A stretch of 64,000 bases of DNA, from positions 994 to 64,993 of the forward strand of contig CAZQRQ010000012.1 of assembly GCA_964595725.1 (NCBI GenBank), in the 5' to 3' direction. This DNA is from an uncultured Rikenellaceae bacterium (GTDB taxonomy: Bacteria; Bacteroidota; Bacteroidia; Bacteroidales; VadinHA17). The position numbers were made by a program, and so were the translations under genes. The notes below the pieces were generated by a model that saw nothing but the letters and a program-made list of their open reading frames with translations, made no database searches and was not told the origin of the DNA. Positions 9,684 to 19,761 of this stretch are shown here, in pieces. Position 1 is the first letter of the stretch, and each line of letters starts with the position of its first letter.

Positions 9684-10237
9684 AAGGAATGAGAAAAGAA
9701 GAATTCAAGGACAATGAAAGTCTTGAACTTCTGAGACAATCCGGAACAAATGTAATCCTGACATCTATTGACGACGTAATAAACTGGGGAAGAAAAAACT
9801 CTCTCTGGCCTCTCACATTTGCAACAAGCTGCTGTGGTATTGAAATGATGGCAGCCGGAGCACCGCGACACGATTTTGCCCGTTTTGGCATGGAAGTTTA
9901 CAGGGCCAGTCCGCGACAGGCAGATGTTATCGTGGTAGCCGGTACTATTGTCAACAAAATGGCGCCGGTCCTCAAACGTCTGTATGATCAGATGTCTGAA
10001 CCAAAATACGTTATCGCCATGGGTGCCTGTGCCATTTCCGGGGGACCTTTCTTTCTGAACTCCTACAGCGTTGTCAAAGGTGTCGAACATGTGATTCCTG
10101 TCGATGTATACGTTCCTGGCTGCCCTCCCCGGCCTGAAGCCCTATTATACGGGATGATGCAGCTCCAGAGGCTTATTGAGACTGAGAATCAGCAGTCGAG
10201 AAAGAAAAGAAGCATCAAACATGAATTAAAAGACTGA
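9674..10237 (+). CDS. nuoB: NADH-quinone oxidoreductase subunit B
   Basis: [28 protein letters not shown] and VPGCPPRPE supply the N2 cluster cysteines. I start it at ATG 9674, overlapping the nuoA stop, rather than at the ORF-track start 9563. ATG 9689 is an alternative. Confidence 0.9.
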   Translation: MGIKGMRKEEFKDNESLELLRQSGTNVILTSIDDVINWGRKNSLWPLTFATSCCGIEMMAAGAPRHDFARFGMEVYRASPRQADVIVVAGTIVNKMAPVLKRLYDQMSEPKYVIAMGACAISGGPFFLNSYSVVKGVEHVIPVDVYVPGCPPRPEALLYGMMQLQRLIETENQQSRKKRSIKHELKD

Positions 10238-10266
10238 TAACTTTTTGTCTAACAATCAACAAGTTA

Positions 10267-10722
10267 ATGGACAACATACAATTGACCAATTTTATCAAAG
10301 CTCTTGATCCTGATTATGAAGTAATAACGGGAAAACAATTTATCGAAATACATCTCCCTCCTGAAAAGGTCCGCTCCGTTGCAGAAGTGCTTAAAACTGC
10401 GGAGGAGACATGCCTTGATTACCTCATTTGCATCTCAGGAGTAGATTACGGCGATGATCTTGGAGTGGTTTACCACCTCGCGTCATCAAAATATCCACAC
10501 ATGATTGTACTCAAGACAAGGACATCCGACCGCGAAAATCCTGAACTGCATACATTATCCGATATCTGGCGGACAGCGGAATTCCAGGAAAGGGAAGTAT
10601 ACGACCTGCTGGGCATTAAATTCATCGGCCATCCTGACCTCAGAAGACTTTTTCTGACCAGTGCCTGGGGATTCCCCCTGCGAAAAGATTATAAGGACGA
10701 TATAAATATAGTCACCAAATAG
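10267..10722 (+). CDS. nuoC: NADH-quinone oxidoreductase subunit C
   Basis: WRTAEFQEREVYDLLGIKFIGHPDLRRLF is the NuoC/30-kDa subunit signature. Confidence 0.9.
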   Translation: MDNIQLTNFIKALDPDYEVITGKQFIEIHLPPEKVRSVAEVLKTAEETCLDYLICISGVDYGDDLGVVYHLASSKYPHMIVLKTRTSDRENPELHTLSDIWRTAEFQEREVYDLLGIKFIGHPDLRRLFLTSAWGFPLRKDYKDDINIVTK

Positions 10723-10725
10723 ATC

Positions 10726-11850
10726 ATGGAAGATATTGCCAGGGAGACAACTGTTGACGAACAGAAGGAATACGTGATAAACATGGGTCCCCAGCACCCT
10801 TCAACGCATGGGGTTTTGAGACTTGTTGTGACTCTTAAGGGTGAAACAGTAGAAAATGTCGAACCCCATCTCGGGTATATACACAGGGGAATAGAGAAAA
10901 TGTGCGAAAGTATCACCTACCCCCAGATTATACATCTGACAGACCGGATGGATTACCTTTCTGCCCATATTAACAATGAAGCAGTATGTCTTGCAGTAGA
11001 AAAAGCCCTGGAGATCGAAATTCCTGACAGGATCAAGGTCATCAGGACTATAATGTCGGAACTCACCAGGATACAGTCTCACCAGCTATTCTGGGCCAGC
11101 TTCGGGATGGATCTCGGAGGTCTAACCTGCTTTTTCTATGGTCTCCGCGACAGGGAAAAAGTACTGGACATTTTTGAAGAGACATGCGGTGGAAGAATGA
11201 TTGTAAGCTATAATTGCCCAGGAGGACTGATGTATGATATTCACCCTGGTTTCCAGAAAAGGGTAAAAGAATTTATCAAATATTTCAGGAAGATTCTGCC
11301 GGAATATGATCAGTTGCTAACGGGAAATGTTATTTTCCATCAGCGCACAAAGAATGTTGGGACACTATCTCTTGAAGATGCAATATCATACGGTGTGACA
11401 GGGCCATCGGGAAGGGCTTCCGGATTCTCATGCGACGTAAGGAAGCATGAGCCTTACAGCGCTTACGACAGGGTTAAATTCAACGAAGTTCTCTTTTCAG
11501 AGGGCGACACATTTCACAGGTATCTCGTTAGAATCCAGGAGATGAAAGAATCAATGGATATTATCGAACAACTAATTGATAATATACCTGATGGCCCATT
11601 CGCAGTTAAAATGAAACCGGTTATTAAGCTACCGGAGGGGGAATACTACCAGAGAGTAGAAACTGCACGTGGAGAACTTGGTGTTTTTGTCATAAGTGAT
11701 GGAAATAAAAATCCTTACAGGGTAAAATTCAGGTCCCCTAACTTCGTAAACCTGGGCGTACTCAACCATATTTCGAAGGGTTTTAAAATTGCAGACCTGG
11801 TTGCTATAGGAGGATCTCTTGATCTTGTAATACCCGATATAGACAGATAG
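10726..11850 (+). CDS. nuoD: NADH-quinone oxidoreductase subunit D
   Basis: MGPQHPSTHGVLRL near the N-terminus and a C-terminal DLVIPDIDR are typical of NuoD/49-kDa. Confidence 0.93.
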   Translation: MEDIARETTVDEQKEYVINMGPQHPSTHGVLRLVVTLKGETVENVEPHLGYIHRGIEKMCESITYPQIIHLTDRMDYLSAHINNEAVCLAVEKALEIEIPDRIKVIRTIMSELTRIQSHQLFWASFGMDLGGLTCFFYGLRDREKVLDIFEETCGGRMIVSYNCPGGLMYDIHPGFQKRVKEFIKYFRKILPEYDQLLTGNVIFHQRTKNVGTLSLEDAISYGVTGPSGRASGFSCDVRKHEPYSAYDRVKFNEVLFSEGDTFHRYLVRIQEMKESMDIIEQLIDNIPDGPFAVKMKPVIKLPEGEYYQRVETARGELGVFVISDGNKNPYRVKFRSPNFVNLGVLNHISKGFKIADLVAIGGSLDLVIPDIDR

Positions 11851-11915
11851 GAGTGAGAAGTGTGAGAAGTGAAGCGACAGATAATTAGAGAACAGATAAA
11901 TAGAATATAAACAAT

Positions 11916-13049
11916 ATGTTATCAGGCATAATTTTCAATTCTGTAGCATTAACGGAGCCATGGTGGAGGGTCTTTTATGATTTTTCATCGCTGACCAAAC
12001 TGATAGACTCCGGCCTTCATAATGCAATGTCGCCTTTCTGGACGGTTGTGATTGAGATGCTTATCGTTGGTGTACTTATCCTCCTCTTTTATGCACTTGT
12101 GGGTCTATTTCTTGTCTATGCCGAACGGAAAGTATGTGCTTTCATGCAGAACAGGCTTGGTCCCAACAGGGTGGGGCCTTTCGGAATATTCCAGACTATA
12201 GCTGACCTGATCAAATTACTTTTTGTCGAGCTTGTCCCTATCAAGAATGCAGACAGGCTATTGTTCAATGTAGCCCCATTTATTGTGATAATTGCATCCT
12301 TTATGGCTATTGCTGCAATACCTTTCGCTAATGGACTGCATGCCATAGACCTCAACATAGGTGTTTTTTATGTTATTGCGGTCACATCTATGGGTGTAAT
12401 CGGTGTACTACTGGCGGGGTGGTCAAGCAACAATAAGTACTCCCTTATAGGTGCCATGAGGAGCGGAGCTCAGATTGTAAGTTATGAATTATCAGTGGGA
12501 CTGGCTCTTATCACCATAGTCACACTTGCAGGGACCATGCAGCTTTCATCGATTGTGGAAGCCCAGAGGGATGGATGGTTTATCTTCAAAGGACATATAC
12601 CGGCCTTTATAGCATTTGTTATTTTTATGATCTCGAGCACTGCCGAGACCAACAGGGGGCCGTTTGATCTTGCAGAAGCAGAATCTGAACTTACTGCCGG
12701 TTTCCACACTGAATACTCAGGCATAAAATTCGCATTCTTTTTCCTGGCAGAATATATAAATATGTTCATTGTTGCATCAATAGCAGCAACAGTATTCCTG
12801 GGAGGATGGATGCCATTCCATATTGGCGGATGGGAAGGATTTAACCATATAATGGACTTTATACCTCCTTTCCTATGGTATATTGCCAAAACTGGCTTTG
12901 TGATTTTCATGATGATGTGGTTCAAATGGACTTTCCCCCGGCTCAGGATTGACCAGCTGCTCACCCTGGAATGGAAATACCTGCTTCCCATTAATCTCGT
13001 AAATGTACTTTTAATGGCATTCATCGTGCTTATGGGCTGGCATTTCTGA
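11916..13049 (+). CDS. nuoH: NADH-quinone oxidoreductase subunit H
   Basis: [25 protein letters not shown] and [26 protein letters not shown] are NuoH/ND1 signatures. Confidence 0.93.
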   Translation: MLSGIIFNSVALTEPWWRVFYDFSSLTKLIDSGLHNAMSPFWTVVIEMLIVGVLILLFYALVGLFLVYAERKVCAFMQNRLGPNRVGPFGIFQTIADLIKLLFVELVPIKNADRLLFNVAPFIVIIASFMAIAAIPFANGLHAIDLNIGVFYVIAVTSMGVIGVLLAGWSSNNKYSLIGAMRSGAQIVSYELSVGLALITIVTLAGTMQLSSIVEAQRDGWFIFKGHIPAFIAFVIFMISSTAETNRGPFDLAEAESELTAGFHTEYSGIKFAFFFLAEYINMFIVASIAATVFLGGWMPFHIGGWEGFNHIMDFIPPFLWYIAKTGFVIFMMMWFKWTFPRLRIDQLLTLEWKYLLPINLVNVLLMAFIVLMGWHF

Positions 13050-13072
13050 AACTGATTCGTAATCTACTGAAA

Positions 13073-13552
13073 ATGAAAAGTATTATCAACTATATAAAAG
13101 AAATTCTGAATGCTGTCTGGTCCCTTCTGAAAGGGATGAAGGTGACCGGATCATATTTTGTGAGACCCGGAACAATTGTAACACAGAAATATCCTGAAAA
13201 CCGTGATACGCTTGTAATGCTTGAACGGTTCAAGGGAGAGGTTATTATGCCTCATAACGAGAACAACGAACACAAGTGTACAGGGTGCGGGATATGCGAG
13301 ATAAATTGCCCGAACGGTACCATTGAAGTGATCTCAAAAACGATAATGACAGAAGATGGCAAGAAAAAAAGGATCATCGACAAGCATATTTACAGGCTTG
13401 GCATGTGTACGTTCTGCGGCCTGTGTGTTAAAACCTGTCCTTCCGAAGCACTGGCTTTCTCGCAGGAATTTGAGCATGCCGTCTTTAACAGGTCTCTGCT
13501 TATTAAAGTGCTCAATAAACCAGGTTCCCAATTAATGAAAGGAGTTGAATAA
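13073..13552 (+). CDS. nuoI: NADH-quinone oxidoreductase subunit I (2x[4Fe-4S])
   Basis: Two ferredoxin motifs: CTGCGICEINCP and CTFCGLCVKTCP. Confidence 0.9.
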   Translation: MKSIINYIKEILNAVWSLLKGMKVTGSYFVRPGTIVTQKYPENRDTLVMLERFKGEVIMPHNENNEHKCTGCGICEINCPNGTIEVISKTIMTEDGKKKRIIDKHIYRLGMCTFCGLCVKTCPSEALAFSQEFEHAVFNRSLLIKVLNKPGSQLMKGVE

Positions 13553-14094
13553 TGACACCTAACCAGATTATGTTTGTGCTTTTTTCGTTCATGATAGTGA
13601 TATTCTCTATCCTGACTGTCACAAGCAGAAAAATCCTCAGGGCAGCGGTATATTTGCTTTTTGTACTTGTGTCTACAGCAGGATTATACTTTATGCTCGA
13701 TTACCAGTTCCTGGCTGCAGTACAGCTTACCCTGTATGCAGGTGGAATAATTGTCCTGATAATATTCTCAATATTGCTTACCAGCCATATCAGCCAGAAT
13801 TTTGAAACAGTAGGCTGGAAGAAAACAATATTTTCTGCACTGGCTTCAGCATTAGGCGCAATTCTGATAATAACAACAATTTTAGACTATAATTTCTCGG
13901 CCTCATCACTCGCCGCCAAAGAGATCAACATGAAAGTAATAGGTACGAGTCTGTTATCGGTTGAACACGATGGCTATGTCCTGCCTTTTGAGGTGATCTC
14001 AATTTTGCTGCTTGCAGCAATGATTGCAGCAATAGTTATCGCAAAAAAGAGCAGCCCTGATAAAAATGAATCTGAATCAATAACACAGCAATAA
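13552..14094 (+). CDS. nuoJ: NADH-quinone oxidoreductase subunit J
   Basis: Polytopic 180-aa protein in the conserved operon position, with ND6-like AVQLTLYAGGIIVL. The ATG overlaps the nuoI stop by 1 nt. Confidence 0.85.
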   Translation: MTPNQIMFVLFSFMIVIFSILTVTSRKILRAAVYLLFVLVSTAGLYFMLDYQFLAAVQLTLYAGGIIVLIIFSILLTSHISQNFETVGWKKTIFSALASALGAILIITTILDYNFSASSLAAKEINMKVIGTSLLSVEHDGYVLPFEVISILLLAAMIAAIVIAKKSSPDKNESESITQQ

Positions 14095-14095
14095 G

Positions 14096-14413
14096 ATGAT
14101 AACAGGCATTCCATTAACTTATTTCATCATTCTGGCCACCATAATGTTCTTCGTGGGAGTATATGGTTTCCTTACGAGAAGGAACCTGATAACAATACTT
14201 ATGTCGGTGGAGTTGATCCTGAACTCTGTGAATATAAACTTCCTGGCTTTTAACAGGTATCTCCATAACGACCGGATGGAAGGACTTTTCTTCAGCTTGT
14301 TTGTGATTGCAATAGCAGCATCGGAAGCAGCTGTTGCCATTGCTATCATTATCAATATTTACAGGCGGTTTACGACCATAAACGTTGAGGATGTACACGA
14401 AATGAAATTCTGA
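14096..14413 (+). CDS. nuoK: NADH-quinone oxidoreductase subunit K
   Basis: 105 aa with three TM segments. LMSVELILNSVNINF...AASEAAVAIAII is the NuoK/ND4L signature. Confidence 0.9.
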   Translation: MITGIPLTYFIILATIMFFVGVYGFLTRRNLITILMSVELILNSVNINFLAFNRYLHNDRMEGLFFSLFVIAIAASEAAVAIAIIINIYRRFTTINVEDVHEMKF

Positions 14414-14437
14414 TAAACGAGAAACATTTACCGTAAG

Positions 14438-16357
14438 ATGACCAATTTTGCTTATACAGTTTGGATACCTTTGCTTCCCTTTCTTTTATTTATTCTTCTC
14501 GGACTTACCGGGCATAAATTAAAGGCGAGGCTTTCAGGTATCATAGGAACCACAGGGCTCGGGATAGTAACCCTCCTCTCCTACTATACTGCCTACAAAT
14601 ATTTCTTTGCATCTGAAACAGCTGGAGAGTTTTTTCCCAAGATTGAAGCTTTCAATTTCACCTGGCTTCAGTTTACAGATAAGCTTCATATAGATATGGG
14701 CGTGCTTCTCGATCCCATCTCTGTGATGATGCTTGTTGTAATCAGCACCGTATCATTCATGGTACATATTTACAGTATTGGTTATATGAAGGGGGAAAAA
14801 GGATTTGAAAGGTTTTTTGCCTTCCTTTCGCTGTTCAGCTTTTCAATGCTCGGTCTTGTACTTGCTACTAATATCTTTCAAATGTATATTTTCTGGGAGC
14901 TCGTGGGAGTATCCTCATACCTTCTGATAGGCTTTTATTACCAGAAACCATCTGCAGTCAGTGCTTCCAAGAAAGCATTTATTGTAACCAGGTTTGCCGA
15001 TATGGGTTTCCTGATCGGGATCCTCATACTGTCCTTTACTACTGGCACATTTGACTTTTTGTCCCTTACCGATCCCGCCGGATCTGCTATATCACAGGGC
15101 AGTGGCGTTGCTTTTTTGGGACTTTCAGTAATGACCTGGTCGATGATCTTTGTATTTATGGGAGGGGTAGGTAAATCTGCCATGATGCCCTTCCACATCT
15201 GGCTTCCGGATGCTATGGAAGGTCCGACACCAGTATCAGCCCTTATTCATGCGGCCACAATGGTTGTGGCGGGAGTCTACCTGGTGGCCAGGATGTTCCC
15301 CATATACTCGATCTCAGCACCTTTTGCCCTTGGTATAGTTGCATGGGTTGGTGGGCTGTCCTCGCTTATGGCAGCAATTGTTGCATGTACCCAGACCGAT
15401 ATCAAGAGAGTCCTGGCATATTCTACAATGTCACAGATCGGATATATGATGCTGGCACTGGGTGTTTCAGGATATGGAGGTCATGAAGGACTTGGCTTCA
15501 CAGCATCAATGTTCCATCTATTCACTCATGCATTGTTTAAAGCATTGCTCTTTCTTGCATCAGGTGCAATTATACATGCAGTACACAGTAATTTCATGAC
15601 TGATATGGGAGGCCTCAGAAAATACCTTCCTATAACTCATATCACGTTCCTGATTGCATGCCTTACCATTTCAGGTATTCCTCCCTTCTCCGGATTTTTC
15701 AGCAAGGACGAAATACTGGCTGCTGCATTCGAACATAATAAAATGCTGTTTGTAATAGAGTATCTTGTTGCCGGATTAACAGCTTTCTATATGTTCCGTC
15801 TCTACTTCAACATTTTCTGGGGACGTGAAACAGAATACCATTATAAGCCACGCGAGGCGCCGGCATCAATGACAATACCCCTGATAATACTTGCAGCAGG
15901 ATCAGCTTTCAGCGGCTTCATACCTTTTACAGAGCTTGTAACAAGCGATGGTGTACCATTTGAGAGCCATATTGAATGGGGAGTTGCATCAGCCTCAGTA
16001 CTAATAGGACTTAGTGGTATTGCCCTGGCTTGGATAATGTACAGGAAGGAGACGCAGTTGCCGGACAAAATTGCAGGTGCTTTGGGCCCTGCTTACAAAT
16101 GGGCATATCATAAATTCTATTTCGACGAAATTTACCTGTTTGTTACCAAGAAAATAATATTCAGATATATATCTTCTCCGATAGCCTGGTTTGACAGACA
16201 TATAGTTGATGGTGCAATGAACCTGATAGCAGATGTTACTCAAAGGACTTCATTTAATATCCGCAGGTTTCAGTCGGGGCAACTTCAGAAATATGCTTTT
16301 GTTTTTATCTCAGGAGCCCTGCTGCTTGCTCTCCTGATTATATATATCTGGAAATAA
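14438..16357 (+). CDS. nuoL: NADH-quinone oxidoreductase subunit L
   Basis: 639-aa antiporter-like subunit. WELVGVSSYLLIGF and KSAMMPFHIWLPDAMEGPTPVSALIHAATMV are present, and it has a long C-terminal lateral-helix region. Confidence 0.93.
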   Translation: MTNFAYTVWIPLLPFLLFILLGLTGHKLKARLSGIIGTTGLGIVTLLSYYTAYKYFFASETAGEFFPKIEAFNFTWLQFTDKLHIDMGVLLDPISVMMLVVISTVSFMVHIYSIGYMKGEKGFERFFAFLSLFSFSMLGLVLATNIFQMYIFWELVGVSSYLLIGFYYQKPSAVSASKKAFIVTRFADMGFLIGILILSFTTGTFDFLSLTDPAGSAISQGSGVAFLGLSVMTWSMIFVFMGGVGKSAMMPFHIWLPDAMEGPTPVSALIHAATMVVAGVYLVARMFPIYSISAPFALGIVAWVGGLSSLMAAIVACTQTDIKRVLAYSTMSQIGYMMLALGVSGYGGHEGLGFTASMFHLFTHALFKALLFLASGAIIHAVHSNFMTDMGGLRKYLPITHITFLIACLTISGIPPFSGFFSKDEILAAAFEHNKMLFVIEYLVAGLTAFYMFRLYFNIFWGRETEYHYKPREAPASMTIPLIILAAGSAFSGFIPFTELVTSDGVPFESHIEWGVASASVLIGLSGIALAWIMYRKETQLPDKIAGALGPAYKWAYHKFYFDEIYLFVTKKIIFRYISSPIAWFDRHIVDGAMNLIADVTQRTSFNIRRFQSGQLQKYAFVFISGALLLALLIIYIWK

Positions 16358-16381
16358 TATGATGTTGAAAATATTATTAAA

Positions 16382-17884
16382 ATGAACATACTGACTCTTT
16401 TTGTATTAATTCCTGTACTGACAATATTTGGAATTGTTCTGGTCAGGGACTCGAAACAGGCAAAGCTGGTCTCAGCCTTCGGGATGGGATTGCAACTGCT
16501 GATGGCCGGAGTACTTGTCTTCCTCTTCCTGAACGAAAGAAGTACCGGCAATACTGCCGAAATGCTTTTTGTCAGGAACATTGAGTGGTTTAAAAGCCTG
16601 AATATTGGATATACTGTTGGTGTGGATGGAATTTCAGTAGCAATGATAGCTCTTACGGCTATTGTAGTATTTGCCGGCATCTTTGCCTCGTGGGAAGTGG
16701 AATTTCTTTCAAAAGAATTCTTTATCTCACTGATCCTGCTGGCCAGCGGGGTATTCGGCTTCTTTATTTCTATCGACCTTTTCACAATGTTCCTCTTCTA
16801 TGAGCTTGCAGTTATCCCGATGTATCTTCTTATAGGAATCTGGGGAAGCGGGCCAAAAGAGTATTCTGCAATGAAACTTACCCTTATGCTTATGGGAGGA
16901 TCTGCCCTATTGCTCGTTGGCCTTCTGGGGATTTATTTCAATTCAGCGCCTGACGGAGGAAGACTTACATTCAACATACTTGAAATCTCAAAAACTGAAA
17001 TGCCAATGTCGGCTCAGCGGATATTCTTTCCGCTGACATTTGTCGGTTTCGGGGTCCTGGGTGCACTCTTTCCCTTTCATACCTGGTCGCCCGATGGTCA
17101 TGCATCAGCCCCCACCGCTGTTTCAATGCTGCATGCCGGCGTGCTTATGAAGCTAGGTGGGTACGGTGCGTTCAGGGTAGCCATATACCTTATGCCCGGA
17201 GCCGCTGCGGAACTCTCATGGCTTTTCATAATACTTACATCTATCAGCGTGGTCTACGGTGCTTTCGGAGCAGTTGTCCAGAAAGACCTGAAATATATTA
17301 ATGCATATTCTTCAGTCAGCCATTGCGGCCTTGTCCTGTTTGCGGTGCTTATGATGAACCAGACCGCTATGAACGGAGCTGTTATCCAGATGATATCGCA
17401 TGGCCTGATGACAGCCCTCTTTTTTGCACTGATCGGGATGCTCTATGGACGCACTCATACAAGGATGATTAATGAGATGGGGGGACTGATGAAAGTAATA
17501 CCATTCCTCTCGGTGGCTTACGTAATTGCAGGGCTTGCCTCCCTGGGACTTCCGGGATTAAGCGGATTCGTAGCAGAGATGACAATATTTGTCGGGGCTT
17601 TCCAGCATCCTGATACTTTCCACAGGATCGTTACTATTGTTGCTGTTTCATCAATTGTCATAACAGCTGTATACATCCTGAGGGTAATAGGCATCCTGCT
17701 GCTGGGACCAACAACAAACAAGCATTATCTCGAATTTAAAGACGCAAAATGGTTTGAAAGGATATCTGCGGCTACTCTTATTATTTCTGTAGCTGCCATA
17801 GGGATAGCACCATTCTGGCTTTCCGCAATGATCAGGGACAGTCTCCACCCGGTCATTGAAAAGATAAGTGGCTTTGTATTCTGA
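16382..17884 (+). CDS. nuoM: NADH-quinone oxidoreductase subunit M
   Basis: 500-aa antiporter-like subunit with FPFHTWSPDGHASAPTAVSMLHAGVLMKLGGYG. Confidence 0.92.
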   Translation: MNILTLFVLIPVLTIFGIVLVRDSKQAKLVSAFGMGLQLLMAGVLVFLFLNERSTGNTAEMLFVRNIEWFKSLNIGYTVGVDGISVAMIALTAIVVFAGIFASWEVEFLSKEFFISLILLASGVFGFFISIDLFTMFLFYELAVIPMYLLIGIWGSGPKEYSAMKLTLMLMGGSALLLVGLLGIYFNSAPDGGRLTFNILEISKTEMPMSAQRIFFPLTFVGFGVLGALFPFHTWSPDGHASAPTAVSMLHAGVLMKLGGYGAFRVAIYLMPGAAAELSWLFIILTSISVVYGAFGAVVQKDLKYINAYSSVSHCGLVLFAVLMMNQTAMNGAVIQMISHGLMTALFFALIGMLYGRTHTRMINEMGGLMKVIPFLSVAYVIAGLASLGLPGLSGFVAEMTIFVGAFQHPDTFHRIVTIVAVSSIVITAVYILRVIGILLLGPTTNKHYLEFKDAKWFERISAATLIISVAAIGIAPFWLSAMIRDSLHPVIEKISGFVF

Positions 17885-17912
17885 TAAATCTGAAAAAAAA
17901 GCTGAAAAAAAT

Positions 17913-19334
17913 ATGAATCCGGTAAATTTCACCATAATGCGCCATGAGCTTCTCCTTGTTGCCGCTGTGCTTTTAATACTTATTGCTGAGATATTTACTG
18001 AAGTGGATAGAAAAAGGAATATTAGCCTGCTTTCTGTAATACTGTTCAGCATAATAACAATAGCTGGTTTTATTCCGGCCAGGACAGGATCCCTGTTTGG
18101 TGGAATGTATATCTCAGATCCTCTTAGGATCCTAATGAAAAACATCCTGAACATTGGTGCCCTGATAGTGATAATCCAATCGGTCACATGGATTAGGAAA
18201 AAGGAGAACGTGGAAAAGACCAGCGAGTATTTCATTCTGCTGATAAGCACTCTGGCAGGTATGAACTTCATGATCTCAGCGGGCCATTTTCTTATATTCT
18301 ACATCGGACTTGAACTTGCTACTATTCCGATCGCTGCTCTTGCAGCCTTTGACAGGTACAAAAATATCTCTGCAGAAGCGGGGATAAAACTTATCCTGAT
18401 TTCAGCCCTTTCTTCAGGGGTATTGCTTTATGGCCTATCCCTGATATACGGTACCACAGGTTCTTTCTACTTTAACGAAGTTGCATCAAAGTTTGCGAAT
18501 GACAACTTGCAGATACTCGGATTCATTTTCTTCTTTACCGGTATGGCATTTAAAATATCCATAGTACCATTCCATCTATGGACCGCTGATGTGTACCAGG
18601 GTGCACCGGTAAATGTAACTTCATATCTCTCCGTTATCTCTAAAGGATCAGCCGTATTCATATTCATCATAGTGCTTTTTACAGTTTTCCCGGTCATTAT
18701 CGCATCTTGGCAGAAAGCTATCTATGTAACCTCCATCCTCACCATGACTGTTGGGAACTTGTTTGCGATAAGACAGGAAAACATTAAGCGTTTCCTGGCA
18801 TTCTCCTCCATATCACAGGCAGGGTATATTCTTCTAGGAATTATTGGTGGTAACCAGTTAGGGATGGCGTCAGTTATATATTATGTTCTGGTATACATAT
18901 TCTCCAATCTTGGAGCCTTCGGAGTTGTAACAGTTGTATCCAACTACAGCGGTCGCGAAGACATTTCCGACTATAACGGATTGTATCATACCAATCCAAA
19001 GGTAAGTCTGATCATGACACTGGCTCTTTTCTCTCTTGCAGGGATACCGCCTGTTGCAGGTTTCTTCGGTAAATTCTTTCTTTTTACCGCTGCAGCCAAA
19101 GAGGGCTTTTACCTGCTGGTCCTGATAGCCGTGCTAAATACCATTATTTCACTATATTATTACCTTCTTGTAGTGAAGGCAATGTTTATCAATAAATCTG
19201 ATACGCCGGTGGAGCGGTTCAGAAGTGATACGCCCACCCGCATAGCTTTTGCAGTATGTGTTGCTGGTATATTCGGGACAGGATTTGCCAGTGTTATTTT
19301 TGAGGCTATTAAAAATCTTAGTTTCGGTATCTGA
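17913..19334 (+). CDS. nuoN: NADH-quinone oxidoreductase subunit N
   Basis: Antiporter-like subunit with FKISIVPFHLWTADVYQGAPVNVTSYLSV. I prefer ATG 17913 (MNPVNF...), which lies after the nuoM stop. The ORF-track start 17868 overlaps nuoM. Confidence 0.88.
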   Translation: MNPVNFTIMRHELLLVAAVLLILIAEIFTEVDRKRNISLLSVILFSIITIAGFIPARTGSLFGGMYISDPLRILMKNILNIGALIVIIQSVTWIRKKENVEKTSEYFILLISTLAGMNFMISAGHFLIFYIGLELATIPIAALAAFDRYKNISAEAGIKLILISALSSGVLLYGLSLIYGTTGSFYFNEVASKFANDNLQILGFIFFFTGMAFKISIVPFHLWTADVYQGAPVNVTSYLSVISKGSAVFIFIIVLFTVFPVIIASWQKAIYVTSILTMTVGNLFAIRQENIKRFLAFSSISQAGYILLGIIGGNQLGMASVIYYVLVYIFSNLGAFGVVTVVSNYSGREDISDYNGLYHTNPKVSLIMTLALFSLAGIPPVAGFFGKFFLFTAAAKEGFYLLVLIAVLNTIISLYYYLLVVKAMFINKSDTPVERFRSDTPTRIAFAVCVAGIFGTGFASVIFEAIKNLSFGI

Positions 19335-19350
19335 CTTTAAAATCTGTATT

Positions 19351-19716
19351 ATGTCACTTGAAAACGCAAAACATATCGTAGGTGAAATCGATGGAATACG
19401 ATGCACGATAGTAGAAAGAGGGATCAGCCTTGAGAGGGCCGCCTTCCTCAGGAACCTGCTGGAATTCAATAATTATGAAGTAAAAGAGTCAGAGGAACAT
19501 CCTGAAAATCCTGAAGAGGATACCGCTTATTCCATTGGAGTTACCGATATTACCTTCAATCCCGTCTTTGAAATTTATGAATGTCTCCTGAAAACCCCGG
19601 AAGGTGAATACGTAACCCCGGGATATTGGTTGCAGGAATGTACATCGTGCGATAAGAGATACTGGCTTGGTCACAGGGAGCGTTCCCAGGAGGTTCAGGA
19701 TAATGCTGCAGAATAA
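19351..19716 (+). CDS. Hypothetical 121-aa acidic soluble protein trailing the nuo operon (four Cys including a CxxC)
   Basis: ATG 19351 lies 17 nt after the nuoN stop. The ORF-track start 19249 would overlap nuoN. No family recognised. Cys are at residues 18, 78, 97 and 100 (QECTSCDKRYW). Confidence 0.5.
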   Translation: MSLENAKHIVGEIDGIRCTIVERGISLERAAFLRNLLEFNNYEVKESEEHPENPEEDTAYSIGVTDITFNPVFEIYECLLKTPEGEYVTPGYWLQECTSCDKRYWLGHRERSQEVQDNAAE

Positions 19717-19761
19717 ATCACCAGTTAGCTAGCCGATATAGTCAATCAAAGTCTCCGGTCT

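Noticed and set aside
11853-11874. Tandem 9-mer GTGAGAAGT x2.4 in the nuoD-nuoH spacer
   Set aside because: It is too short and isolated to be a repeat element or CRISPR-like array. It is probably a purine-rich spacer or ribosome-loading region inside the operon.
9506-18271. Long minus-strand ORFs inside the nuo operon (9506..10090, 12482..13024, 16285..16785, 17651..18271 and shorter ones)
   Set aside because: Each is fully antisense to a nuo gene with unmistakable subunit signatures. Such shadow ORFs are expected opposite membrane-protein genes with biased codon composition.
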